A DNA stretch of 64,000 nucleotides from Eledone cirrhosa (GCA_964016885.1 OZ024746.1:31744001-31808000), one strand, 5' to 3'; counted from the stretch's first letter, positions 43,734 to 54,988 are shown. Notes: generated from the sequence alone by a model not told the origin. Made by a program: numbers and translations.

Positions 43734-44106
43734 CCCTTTAGCATTTAAATTGACCATATCCGGTCTGATGTTAAGGTATTATTCTCAAAATAAATATCAA
43801 AATCTTATAGATTCGATATTATGTGAGATAATTATGTGAGGTAAAGCCTTTACCATGAAAATATAATACTATATATAATTGTTTCTACTTTTGGCACAAG
43901 GCCAGCAATTATCCCAGTGTATTACTGGTACTTTATTTTATCGACCCCATAAGGATGAAAGGCAAAGTTAACCTCGACGGGATTTGAACTCAGAATGGCA
44001 AGGGATGTAACTCTATGCGTCAATGTAACTCTATCCGACCCTCTACCGATACTGCCAATCCACCGCCTGTTCCAATAATACTATATATAATGTAAATACT
44101 GAAGGG
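43734..44106. mobile_element. piggyBac-type non-autonomous element carrying a nested SINE
   Basis: TTAA|CCCTTTAGCATTTA ... TAAATACTGAAGGG|TTAA: 12/14 TIR match, TTAA at 43730-33 and 44107-10. Confidence 0.8.
43880..44075 (-). mobile_element. tRNA-derived SINE with a 16-bp target-site duplication
   Basis: TAATACTATATATAAT at 43864-43879 and 44076-44091. The minus strand has A-box-like TGGCAGTATCGG and B-box GAGTTCAAATCC. Confidence 0.85.
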
Positions 44107-44188
44107 TTAATGTATTTTACTTTTGAATTCCGTTTTTTTTCCATTTTATTGCATTTCATGAATAAATTGCAATAAATTGTATAATAAA

Positions 44189-44320
44189 TGTTTCTATATT
44201 TGGCACAAGGCCAGCAATTTTCCCCAGTGCATTACTGGTGCTTTATTTTATTGACTCCATAAGGATGAAAGGCAAAGTTAACCTTGGCAGGATTTGAGCT
44301 TAGAACGTAAAGGGCTATAA
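44189..44320 (-). mobile_element. SINE copy, same family
   Basis: Close match to 43880-44000 (TTGGCACAAGGCCAGCAATT...CATAAGGATGAAAGGCAAAGTTAACCT). Confidence 0.8.
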
Positions 44321-44649
44321 CTCCACAACTAAACAACTATAGTAATACCAATACCAATACTGATAACAAAAGCAGCTGCACTAATAATACTAATAAAACA
44401 AGGAAATATTTTATTAGTATACAAAGTTTGTATTTGGTAGGTGGTAGGAGATTTGTTGACAGGACCGTGCTATATAAATCGTTACATTACAATGAAAAGT
44501 AACAAATGTGGCTCTTTTCATTGATTATTTATTAAATCAGAACATACCATATATCTCTACAAATACAAATAATGGGATTAACTTATTTCAATATAAACAA
44601 GATGTGAATGCTTGTAGATTGATATTTAATTTAGTTAAGTAAAACAATC

Positions 44650-45400
44650 ATCATCACCATCATTGTGGTCATCATAATCATTTTCATTTTAAGCCTCTTT
44701 TTCTGTGTTTACATGGGTTGGATAGGCCTTTTCCAGTACATCTACCCTTAGCTTGTTGTGTTCCTTCATCATCTCTTCTGTATGGTTCAGTAATATGAGA
44801 TCAGCTCTCATCACTTCTGCCCAGATCTTATTTGGTCTTCCTTTACTTTGGTTTCCATCCACTGGGATTTCTTGGCACTTCTTCACCCAATGACCATCAT
44901 CCATATGCATCACATGTCCATACCAGTGCAGTCTGCTCTCTTGCACATAGCATCTGATGCCTCTTATACTCATTTTTTTTCTTTCTGCTAATCCATGCTT
45001 TGTCATTCATATATATTAACATTTCACATCCATTAAAGAATGTTTGTTTCATTTCTCTCATAGCCTTCACCTATCCTCTACATTAACTACCATGCAACAT
45101 GGCATATAGAGAGAAACGTTGTGTTATCAACAGAGGTGTACCTCCTTGAACTTTTTTCATCCTAGTTACTATGCTCTCAGTATCCTTCTCCACTGCTAAT
45201 TAGGTCACCAAAGTAACAGAAGCTCTATCAACTATCCCTGTATATCTGCCACATACTAAGTCTACATCTATTAGTCTGCTTGCTACACCACTTGCACCTT
45301 CAGTACATCCAAGATTTACATTATGTACATTGAATTGAGTTTCTATTTACTCCTTTTATACATATTAAGCATGGTCACTGATGGGATCAGGGTCTTGTCT
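44650..45400 (-). mobile_element. Decayed RTE-clade LINE 3' fragment
   Basis: ORF 44689-45006 reads QESRLHWYGHVMHMDDGHWVKK...GRPNKIWAEVMRADL, the RLxWxGHV...GRP..W motif of LINE ORF2 C-termini. A (GAT)-like tail follows on the minus strand. Confidence 0.8.
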
Positions 45401-45929
45401 CCCTTTCTTTTGTTGCTTGAGCCTTCTGTCTTTTCTCCGTTTCATTTTCTTTTTTTTCCTTCCTTTTCTGTTCCCTTTAATAGTGTGTTTTGTTTTTGTT
45501 GATATTGCACAATTCTTTTTTTATAATGTCATGACATTCTAACATTTTGCATATTGAATAAATATATTATTAAATATAATGGAAAAAGCCACATCTGGCC
45601 AACACAGTAACGATTGTATCTGTAGTTTGAATGTAGATTTGTCTGTAGTCAGTGTAATGTACTCAGCTGTGATATTTTTAACACAAAAAGTGTTATTGAC
45701 CTAAAGTCACTGAAATCCCTAGCTCACACATGTGTGGTTTCTGTGTTGGTGCTATGATAAAATGCACCCAGTACACCCTGTAAAGTGGCAGGGCTGGCCT
45801 TATGATAAAATCCATCCAGTATACTCTATAAGGTGGTTAGTATTAAGAATTTGGAATGTATGACCGAGATGATGTCACTTCGACCCATTTAGTATCAGAT
45901 CATGACAATATGGAAGGTGGCTGTAAAGT

Positions 45930-46106
45930 GATAATGATGTTGATGGTGATGGTGATGATGATGATGATGATGATGATGGTAGTGGTGATGATGATGATGA
46001 TGATGGTGGTGATGGTGATGATGATGGTGGTGGTGATGACGATGATGGTGATATGGTTGTAAAGTGATGATGGTGGGGATGCTAATTGTGATGATGATGA
46101 CGACAG

Positions 46107-46181
<75 letters not shown>

Positions 46182-46201
46182 GGAGGAGGAGGAGGAGGAG
46201 G
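45930..46201. repeat. (GAT/GGT)n plus (GAG)n microsatellite
   Basis: Direct reading of the sequence. Confidence 0.95.
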
Positions 46202-46263
46202 AAATGCAAGATGATGTAAGACTAAAACTCTGTTTTCTCTTCTTTTCTTAGCTGGACCCTAAA

Positions 46264-46330
46264 ATGTCTAAAATAGCGGCTATACTTCTTCTATTGGTGA
46301 CAATCTTGCAGTCTGGCAGGGCAACTGATG
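46264..46330 (+). CDS. Coding exon 1 of a secreted EGF-repeat/fibrinogen-like protein: signal peptide MSKIAAILLLLVTILQSGRATD
   Basis: Acceptor TTTTCTCTTCTTTTCTTAG ends at 46251, implying an upstream non-coding exon. ATG sits in AAAATGT, followed by a hydrophobic core. Donor G|GTAAAT is phase 1 and joins in frame to the next exon. Confidence 0.8.
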
Positions 46331-46731
46331 GTAAATACTCTCTATTCATTATTATTTCACCAGTAATGCACTGGGTAATTGCTGGCCTTGTGCCAAAAGT
46401 AGAAACAATTATTATTTCACATTTCTTAATTCTGAATATTCTTTTATTATTTTATTGGTTTCACTCAACCATGTTGAAGCACCAACTTAAAGGGATCTCA
46501 TTAACCCTAATACTTATTTTATCCATCTCTTTTTTTTTTGTCAAACTGCTAAGTTGTAGGGCATGAACACAGACACACAGACACACAGACACACAGATAC
46601 GTATGTAGAGAAAATGATCGCAAATATATATATATTTGTTTAATAATATATGAGTCCTTGAATATATGAGTAATTGAATGAAACAGTTCTAGTCCTGTAG
46701 AAGCCATTTCTATATTAAATATAATATATAA

Positions 46732-47162
46732 AGGCACATAGTTTAGTGGTTAGAGCATTGGGCTTGCAATTGAAAGGTTGTGAGTTCAATTCTCGGACCG
46801 GGTGATGTGTTATTTCCTTGAGCAAGACACTTTATTTCACATTGCTCCAGTTTACTTAGCTGTAGAAATGAGAGGATAGGACTGGGGTCCCTATCATTCC
46901 ACTGCAAAGTGGTCGTGGAGGTGCCACGGCAAAAAAGCACCCAGCACTCACTGTAAAGTGGATGTAGGTGCCACAGAAAAAAAGCACCCAGCACTCACTG
47001 TAAAAGAGGTTGGTGTTAGGAAGGGCATCCAGCTGTAGAAATCAAGCCAGAATCAGTTCCCATATAAGCAAGACAAGGTCAGCCGACCGGACACTGCCCA
47101 CAACAGGACAACTCGTCTAACCCATGCTAGCATGGAAGAACGGACGTAAAATGATGATGATG

Positions 47163-47163
<1 letters not shown>
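46732..47163 (+). mobile_element. Composite tRNA-headed SINE with LINE-like 3' tail ending in (GAT)n
   Basis: TAGTTTAGTGGTTAGAGCA...GTGAGTTCAATTCTC (A/B boxes), central CCTTGAGCAAGACACT, and tail AACCCATGCTAGCATGGAA...GGACGTAAAATGATGATG. Related pieces lie at 47215-47445 and 60290-60490. Confidence 0.75.
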
Positions 47164-47199
<36 letters not shown>

Positions 47200-47454
47200 T
47201 AGTGACATGACATAAAGCACCCAGTTCATCCTGTAAGGTAGTTGTTTCAGTGCCACAATAAAAATTTCCCTGTCCACATTGTAATATGGTTGGTGTTAGG
47301 AAGGTCCTCCATTAGAAACCAAGCCAAAATACATATCTGTATGAGCAAGATATGATCTCTAGACTTGACTTGCCTCATAACGTGACAACCTGTCTCATAC
47401 ATGCAAGCATAGAAAATTGATGTTAAATGATGATAATGATGATATGTGTGTGTA

Positions 47455-47720
47455 AAAAATGAAGACCCCAGTCACAAATGACCATTGGATTTGAACTTAG
47501 AAAGTTCACCTCTAAGGCACAAGGCCAGGCAACTTTTCTTTGTGAAAGACCAGCAATCACCCATACATACCAGTCTCCCCTCTCCATTCTAACGATGTCA
47601 TCCAGCTAAGCACCAGTGATGTTGCAACTCATTTCTTCAGCTGAGTGAATTAAAGAAACGTGAATTAAAATGTTTTGCTACATCGCCTAGTGCAAGAATC
47701 AAACTCACAATCTCACAATT
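47455..47720 (-). mobile_element. SINE copy, related to 60640-60913
   Basis: Shares AGACCAGCA.TCACCCAT.CATACC.GTCTCCCCTCTCCA and GAATC.AACTCACAA with 60640-60913. Confidence 0.65.
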
Positions 47721-47824
47721 TACTTTCTTTTTGTAAGATATTTACGTCAACACAACATTGAGATCTAGAAATGGTTATTATTCCTACCTTTGATTGATTA
47801 GATAGAACATTAAAGAGTGTATAT

Positions 47825-47914
47825 ATATTTGCTCTACGGTTCTTATATATTTGATATATATTTATCCTTATCGAGTCCTCTTTGGATTTTAGTCTTCAAA
47901 TTTATTATTATTAC
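47825..47914 (+). repeat. 90-bp dispersed repeat with an inverted partner at 58281-58370
   Basis: Reverse complement of 58281-58370 matches with 2 mismatches. Confidence 0.9.
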
Positions 47915-47936
47915 TATATATATACATATATATATA

Positions 47937-48403
47937 ATAAATGTAATCTGAGTTTTTCGAATATTAATAATAATATTCGATCGTTTGCAATTACATAAAC
48001 AAGCCTCATTTTTATAGCCATGTCAGTAGAATGAACCCTTCATTCTTGCTCTTGTGTTGGCATGTAAACAGAACTGTAGACACTAATGATCAGTGGATCT
48101 GCTAATATGCAGATCTGACTGATCAGCCAGTCTGCTAATATGCAAATCAGGCCATTCAATCACTATATTTTAGAAAATAGCATATATTTTCACTAGCTCT
48201 GGCAATTGGCAGGTGAACAGTGAACTGCACTGATGAAGGGTGATACCCAGAAACATTAGTGTCTGCAGTTCTGTTCACATGCCAACACAAGAGCAAGAAT
48301 GAAGGGTTCATTCTACTGATATGGCTATAAAAATTAGGCTTGTTTGTATAATTGCAAACGAATCGAATGTTATTAATATTCGAAAAACTCAGATTACATT
48401 TAT
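47937..48403. repeat. Long inverted repeat (arms 47937-48088 and 48254-48403), probably a Penelope-like-element terminus
   Basis: ~150-bp arms ATAAATGTAATCTG...CACTAATG / CATTAGTG...CAGATTACATTTAT at roughly 90% or more identity. The hammerhead core lies in the spacer and right arm. Confidence 0.9.
48213..48278 (+). ncRNA. Minimal type I hammerhead ribozyme motif
   Basis: gtgaacag-t-gaactgca CTGATGA a gggt-gat-accc a GAAA cattagtg TC tgcagttc tgttcac. The conserved core, stem I, stem II, a short quasi-palindromic stem III and a GUC cleavage triplet (48261-63) are all present. Confidence 0.75.
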
Positions 48404-48440
48404 ATTTAGCCATGTAGAGTGAAAATTATTATTATTATTT

Positions 48441-48447
<7 letters not shown>

Positions 48448-48518
<71 letters not shown>

Positions 48519-48540
48519 ATATATATATATATATACATAT
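48448..48540. repeat. (TA)n microsatellite
   Basis: Direct reading of the sequence. Confidence 0.95.
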
Positions 48541-48804
48541 ACTAAAGTGTTTAAAATACCATTGTACTTTCAAACATTAACTCTGAATAAGGATTGAATA
48601 TGTGTGAGCAGTATTTAAATTTTATTTTCAGCAGACAAATGTGCCAGTAACTTTGAAGTTTTAGTTTATTACTTCATCTTGTTGCCTATACAAATTTAGT
48701 AGATGGAAACTTTATAGAAGCCTGTCAGAAGGATTATACTTGTAATTCAAAGGTCCAACCTTGTTATATATTGTTATACTGATTCAGTTTGAAGATTATG
48801 TTAA

Positions 48805-48888
48805 TCTTTTAGCATTTACATTACTTTATATTTATTATTATATTTTCATGGTAATAATTGTAATATAATTGTAATAAATGCTAAAGGG
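48805..48888. mobile_element. 84-bp miniature piggyBac-type element, same TIR family as 43734-44106
   Basis: TTAA|TCTTTTAGCATTTA ... TAAATGCTAAAGGG|TTAA. Confidence 0.75.
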
Positions 48889-48999
48889 TTAAATCATACT
48901 TTGGACATCCATTTGATTGAACAACTGAATGTTCCTGGAAAATCCATTATTTTGAAGGTTGAACTGTGTTTCTATATTGTTTTTCACTTTACTTTTCAG

Positions 49000-49155
49000 A
49001 AGAGAAGTTGACATGTTCATTTCATGCCATGCACACATGCCACTCACGTGCAACATGTGAAGACCTGCCTGATGGATCGTTCAGGTGTGTATGTCCTATA
49101 GAAGCTGTTGGTGGTGATGGACGTAAAGGTCAAAATAACACAGGATGTATTTTTG
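49000..49155 (+). CDS. Coding exon 2: EGF-like module EEKLTCSFHAMHTCHSRATCEDLPDGSFRCVCPIEAVGGDGRKGQNNTGCIF
   Basis: ACTTTTCAG acceptor, G|GTGAG donor, 156 nt, phase 1-1, six Cys including CxC. Confidence 0.92.
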
Positions 49156-49524
49156 GTGAGTACTCAATATCTATATAGATCTAAAAGAGCCAAATGGATA
49201 ATATATTTTGAGACCAACTCAGAGGTTTTAAGATCAAATCTACTGCAGGTGCCACATTGTGTATTTTGTCATCATTCTTAAATCTATATCGTTTCAGTTT
49301 AACTTGTAGTAATATAAGTATATAATCTTTTGTGAATGTTAACCAAGCCAGAACAGAGATATTGGGGTGGGGATGGGCTGGGCAGGTAGGCTAGTGGTAT
49401 GGGCCTATGATTAAGAGAGAGCCTACTCACCTCACTTTCTAGTTCTTCTAATATGTTCTATACCTACATATAGATCACATGTGTTTAACACTGATTACTG
49501 AAATATTTAATAACCAGTTCTGAT

Positions 49525-49700
49525 GTTGGGGTCTACATCAGTTTTTACATTTGGCCTGGGTTCATTACCAGATTTGGGGGTGGTCTACATTTTACATTCG
49601 GCCTGGGTCCATTACCACTCGCGGGCAGGTGTCTATATTTTACATCTGGCTTATTGTCAGGTGAAAGAACCCTAAATTTTATATCTGGCCCAGGCCTACA
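49525..49700. repeat. Degenerate ~40-50-bp tandem repeat (GGTCTACATTTTACAT.TGGCCTGGG), ~4 copies
   Basis: Direct reading of the sequence. Confidence 0.6.
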
Positions 49701-49984
49701 ACTAAAGAAGTCACCCGAAGACAGTTTTTACCAGTGTATAATATTCAATTCACAACTTCATAACTTCATTTAGTGGCTCTGACACAAGTTAATCAAGTAG
49801 ACAAGTGTGGGCCACAGCTGGTGGTGTTTCAGTGTGTGGCACCACCTGGACAGAACAGGCTTTTATCAGAAATCAACAACAGAAGGTTGGGAGGGGAGGC
49901 AACTTAGATAAGGGTTCAATACTAAAGAGGGGCAGATTATTATCAGCTGTGATTGAATTACTGTAATGTTTATTGTGGTGATAT

Positions 49985-50161
49985 AGAGAAGGGGGGAAAG
50001 GAAGAGTGAGTAAAAGGGAGTAAAGGGAGGAAACATGGTATAAGAGAGAGACAGAAAGGACAGAGGAAGAAAGAGGAGGAAACAGAAAGAGTGAGAAAGA
50101 AAAAGAGATAGAGAGAGGAAGGGGGAAACAGAGAAAGAAAGGGAGAGAGAGAAAGGGAGGG

Positions 50162-50195
<34 letters not shown>

Positions 50196-50915
50196 AATAA
50201 GAGAAAGAAAGGGAAAGAGAAAAGGGAGGGAACGGAGAAAGAGAGAGAGAGAGAGGGGCTGCATAGAGGGTGGGGAATAAAGAAAGAACGGTATAAGATT
50301 GGAGAAAGTGTGTGAAATGGAGGAGGAGAGACTGACCAGTAGAAAAGGTTGGAGGAGGAGAGACTGACCAGTAGAAAAGGATGGAGGATGAGGGACTGAC
50401 TAGTGAAAGAGGTTGGGGAGGATAGTGACCAGTGGAATAGGTTGGGGGAGGGGACTTTCCAGTGAAATAGGTTGGAGGAGAAGATTGACCAGTGAAATAG
50501 GCTGGGGGAGGAGAGACTGACCCATGGAATAGATTAGGAGAGGTGAGACTGACCAGTGATATTGGTTGGAGGAAGGGGCTGTCCAATATGCTGACTGGTC
50601 AGAGGCTGAAAATTGAGCAAGAGAAAGTGGGCAAAAAAAATGGAAGAAATATAGAAAGAATGAGAATGAAAGAAGAAAGGAAAAAAGAAAAAAGAAAGGC
50701 AGAAGGATAGAAGGAAAAGATGGTGAGGGGGGGGGGGAGAAAAGTATAAAGAAAAGGGGAAGGAAAAAATGGAGGAAGGGAAAAAGGAAGAGAGGGGGGA
50801 AGGGATGAAGGAAAGAAGATGAGAAAGGAGGAAGTGAGGGGAGAGAGGAAGGCAAGAAGAGAGGAAGGAAAAGAGGGGGAGTGATGAAGGAAGAAGGGGA
50901 GGAATGAAAAGGGGA
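49985..50915. repeat. Polypurine (GA-rich) low-complexity tract with an embedded ~30-bp degenerate minisatellite at ~50320-50600
   Basis: Almost entirely A/G; GGAGGAGGAGAGACTGACCAGT.GAA.AGGTT is repeated. Confidence 0.85.
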
Positions 50916-51015
50916 AAGTTAGATTTGCAGATAAAGTGCAGTGTGTTGAGAAGGTTATCTGGTGAGGTGAAGTGGTTAGTGTAGAGGACTTGAAATATAC
51001 TTTAGCTATGAGAAT

Positions 51016-51774
51016 ATCATCATCATCATCATTGTCACCACCATCATCATCATCATCATCATCATCATTGTTACCACCATCATCCTCATCATCATCATCA
51101 TCATCATTGTCACCACCGTCATCCACATCATCATCATCGTCGTCACCACCGTCATCCACATCATCATCATCATTGTCACCACCACCATCCACATCACCAT
51201 CATCGTTGCCACAACCATGACCATCATCACCATCATTATCACCACCATCACCACCACCACCACCACCACCACCACCATCATCATCATCATTGTCACCATC
51301 ATCATCCTCATCACCATCATCGTTGCCACAACCATGACCATCATCACCATCATTATCACCACCATCACCACCACCACCACCACCACCACCACCATCATCA
51401 TCATCATTGTCACCACCACCATCCACATCACCATCATCGTTGCCACAACCATGACCATCATCACCATCATTATCACCTCCATCACCACCACCACCACCAC
51501 CACCACCACCACCACCATCATCATCATCATTGTCACCACCACCATCCACATCATCATCGTTGCCACAACCATGACCATCATCACCATCATTATCACCACC
51601 ATCACCACCACCACCACCACCACCACCATCATCATCATCATTGTCACCATCATCATCCTCATCACCATCATCATTGCTACTACCACCATCATTGTCATCA
51701 GCCTCATCACCACCATCATCACCACAACCACCACCATCATTGTTGCCACCATCTGCATCATTACTAACAGCACT

Positions 51775-51808
<34 letters not shown>

Positions 51809-51822
51809 ACACCACCATGACC
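51016..51822. repeat. Compound (CAT/CAC)n repeat with a ~117-120-bp higher-order period
   Basis: CGTTGCCACAACCATGACC at 51204, 51321, 51438 and 51558. Confidence 0.92.
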
Positions 51823-51952
51823 ATTTTATGACTATTTTCCATGCTGCCATAATGTTATAGCTAGAATACCAACTATTCCCACTACTTAGTTACCAATCTA
51901 AAAGATGTTTATAGCACTATGGAGTGTTTTCGAAGAAAAATTTTATTTTTAA

Positions 51953-54542
51953 CCCTTTTGATACCAATCCAGGCAAATCTAGCTCTGGTTCTATGAAACA
52001 AGACCACCCAGTTTAACATTTCTTTATACAAACTAGGCCAAAACTGGCTCTGGTTCTATGAAACAAGACCACCCAGTTTAACATTTCTTTATACAAACTA
52101 GGCCAAATCTAGCTCTGGTTCTATGAAAGAAGACCACCCAGTTTAACATTTCTTTATACAAACTAGGCCAAAACTGGCTCTGGTTCTATGAAAGAAGACC
52201 ACCCAGTTTAACATTTCTTTATACAAACTAGGCCAAAACTGGCTCTGGTTCTATGAAACAAGACCACCCAGTTTAACAATTCTTTATACAAACTAGGCCA
52301 AAACTGGCTCTGGTTCTATGAAAGAAGACCACCCAGTTTAACATTTCTTTATACAAACTAGGCCAAATCTAGCTCTGGTTCTATGAAACAAGACCACCCA
52401 GTTTAACATTTCTTTATACAAACTAGGCCAAAACTGGCTCTGGTTCTATGAAACAAGACCACCCAGTTTAACAATTCTTTATACAAACTAGGCCAAAACT
52501 GGCTCTGGTTCTATGAAACAAGACCACCCAGTTTAACATTTCTTTATACAAACTAGGCCAAAACTGGCTCTGGTTCTATGAAACAAGACCACCCAGTTTA
52601 ACATTTCTTTATACAAACTAGGCCAAATCTAGCTCTGGTTCTATGAAAGAAGACCACCCAGTTTAACATTTCTTTATACAAACTAGGCCAAAACTGGCTC
52701 TGGTTCTATGAAAGAAGACCACCCAGTTTAACATTTCTTTATACAAACTAGGCCAAAACTGGCTCTGGTTCTATGAAACAAGACCACCCAGTTTAACAAT
52801 TCTTTATACAAACTAGGCCAAAACTGGCTCTGGTTCTATGAAAGAAGACCACCCAGTTTAACATTTCTTTATACAAATTAGGCCAAATCTAGCTCTGGTT
52901 CTATGAAACAAGACCACCCAGTTTAACATTTCTTTATACAAACTAGGCCAAAACTGGCTCTGGTTCTATGAAAGAAGACCACCCAGTTTAACATTTCTTT
53001 ATACAAACTAGGCCAAATCTAGCTCTGGTTTTATGAAACAAGACCACCCAGTTTAACAATTCTTTATACAAACTAGGCCAAAACTGGCTCTGGTTCTATG
53101 AAACAAGACCACCCAGTTTAACATTTCTTTATACAAACTAGGCCAAATCTAGCTCTGGTTCTATGAAACAAGACCACCCAGTTTAACATTTCTTTATACA
53201 AACTAGGCCAAAACTGGCTCTGGTTCTATGAAAGAAGACCACCCAGTTTAACATTTCTTTATACAAACTAGGCCAAAACTGGCTCTGGTTCTATGAAACA
53301 AGACCACCCAGTTTAACAATTCTTTATACAAACTAGGCCAAAACTGGCTCTGGTTCTATGAAACAAGACCACCCAGTTTAACATTTCTTTATACAAACTA
53401 GGCCAAAACTGGCTCTGGTTCTATGAAACAAGACCACCCAGTTTAACAATTCTTTATACAAACTAGGCCAAAACTGGCTCTGGTTCTATGAAACAAGACC
53501 ACCCAGTTTAACATTTCTTTATACAAACTAGGCCAAAACTGGCTCTGGTTCTATGAAACAAGACCACCCAGTTTAACAATTCTTTATACAAACTAGGCCA
53601 AAACTGGCTCTGGTTCTATGAAAGAAGACCACCCAGTTTAACATTTCTTTATACAAACTAGGCCAAATCTAGCTCTGGTTCTATGAAACAAGACCACCCA
53701 GTTTAACATTTCTTTATACAAACTAGGCCAAAACTGGCTCTGGTTCTATGAAACAAGACCACCCAGTTTAACAATTCTTTATACAAACTAGGCCAAAACT
53801 GGCTCTGGTTCAATGAAAGAAGACCACCCAGTTTAACATTTCTTTATACAAACTAGGCCAAAACTGGCTCTGGTTCTATGAAACAAGACCACCCAGTTTA
53901 ACATTTCTTTATACAAACTAGGCCAAAACTGGCTCTGGTTCTATGAAAGAAGACCACCCAGTTTAACATTTCTTTATACAAACTAGGCCAAATCTAGCTC
54001 TGGTTCTATGAAACAAGACCACCCAGTTTAACATTTCTTTATACAAACTAGGCCAAATCTAGCTCTGGTTCTATGAAAGAAGACCACCCAGTTTAACATT
54101 TCTTTATACAAACTAGGCCAAAACTGGCTCTGGTTCTATGAAAGAAGACCACCCAGTTTAACATTTCTTTATACAAACTAGGCCAAAACTGGCTCTGGTT
54201 CTATGAAACAAGACCACCCATTTTAATAATAATGAAATTATTGTGTACGGTGCTCAGGTGCACTACAAGGGTTCCTATCTAAATTTAAAACTTCTAATAT
54301 AGTAAGTTACTATTTTAGTAATGAAATAATTAATAATTTTAGTAAATCCCTAAAAATTCTTCATGAATTAATTGAAATGGAATGTATTTCATAAGTTATA
54401 CAGCTACAAAAAAGTTATTGGAATATAACTTATAAAATTACAAAGAAACATTTTTTATACTTAAGTGTAAATACTTTAAAACTAACAGTTTTCTATCATA
54501 GAACCACCAGGGGTGGTTTCAGGCAGTTTGGCACGGAAAGGG
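51953..54542. mobile_element. piggyBac-type non-autonomous element containing an amplified minisatellite
   Basis: TTAA|CCCTTT (TTAA 51949-52) ... AAAGGG|TTAA (54543-46). The subterminal inverted motif TGGTTCTATGA / TCATAGAACCA lies at comparable distances from both ends. Confidence 0.75.
51966..54226. repeat. 65-bp minisatellite, ~35 copies
   Basis: Unit AAACTAGGCCAAAACTGGCTCTGGTTCTATGAAACAAGACCACCCAGTTTAACATTTCTTTATAC at a constant 65-bp period. Confidence 0.98.
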
Positions 54543-54572
54543 TTAAACTAAACTATTTCTGTTGTTTTGCAG

Positions 54573-54695
54573 AAGGTGAAAAAACTTCCTGTTTGAAAAA
54601 CATGACATGCCATTTAACTTTAGGCTTCTGTAACGAGGCTCATTTTTGTGACTGTAATGAAGGCTACACAGGAAATGGAGTCACTGAGTGTAATG
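54573..54695 (+). CDS. Coding exon 3: EGF-like module EGEKTSCLKNMTCHLTLGFCNEAHFCDCNEGYTGNGVTECN
   Basis: GTTGTTTTGCAG acceptor, G|GTAAG donor, 123 nt, phase 1-1, CxCxxGYxGxG motif. Confidence 0.93.
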
Positions 54696-54988
54696 GTAAG
54701 TGAATCTCAATCATTTTATTAACACACACACAAGCACATATATATATTTATATAGTAATGGTATTACACCCCTTCTCTTCTATATTCCATATGTTGTGTA
54801 ATATCATTATTATGTAACTATATAGCTCTTGTCACATTACACACACATATCCCACCATACACAGATGTGCATGTGTATAGGTGTATATATATATATATAT
54901 ATTGATAGTTTGATAGTCTGCAGTCTAGGACTGAGAAGACCACAAATCAAAGAAGTACTTGATACAAGGCAAGATGTAGAGTGGGTAT

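Noticed and set aside
45856-46209. Poly-Met/His/Ile ORFs
   Set aside because: Translations of the (GAT)n microsatellite.
46732-46810. tRNA gene
   Set aside because: It has A/B boxes but no complete acceptor stem and runs into a SINE body; it is a SINE head.
48632-48646. Possible 15-nt micro-exon (TTTTCAG|CAGACAAATGTGCCA|GTAACT)
   Set aside because: The donor is weak and it would add an unpaired Cys; exon 1 joins exon 2 cleanly without it.
49866-51842. Long ORFs of 132-316 aa (Asp/Gly-, Met/Val-, Thr/Ile-, Ser/Leu/Phe-rich)
   Set aside because: Stop-free by composition of the polypurine and (CAT/CAC)n repeats inside an intron.
51966-54226. 65-bp array as a CRISPR
   Set aside because: The entire unit is repeated with no variable spacer, the context is a eukaryotic intron, and there are no cas genes.
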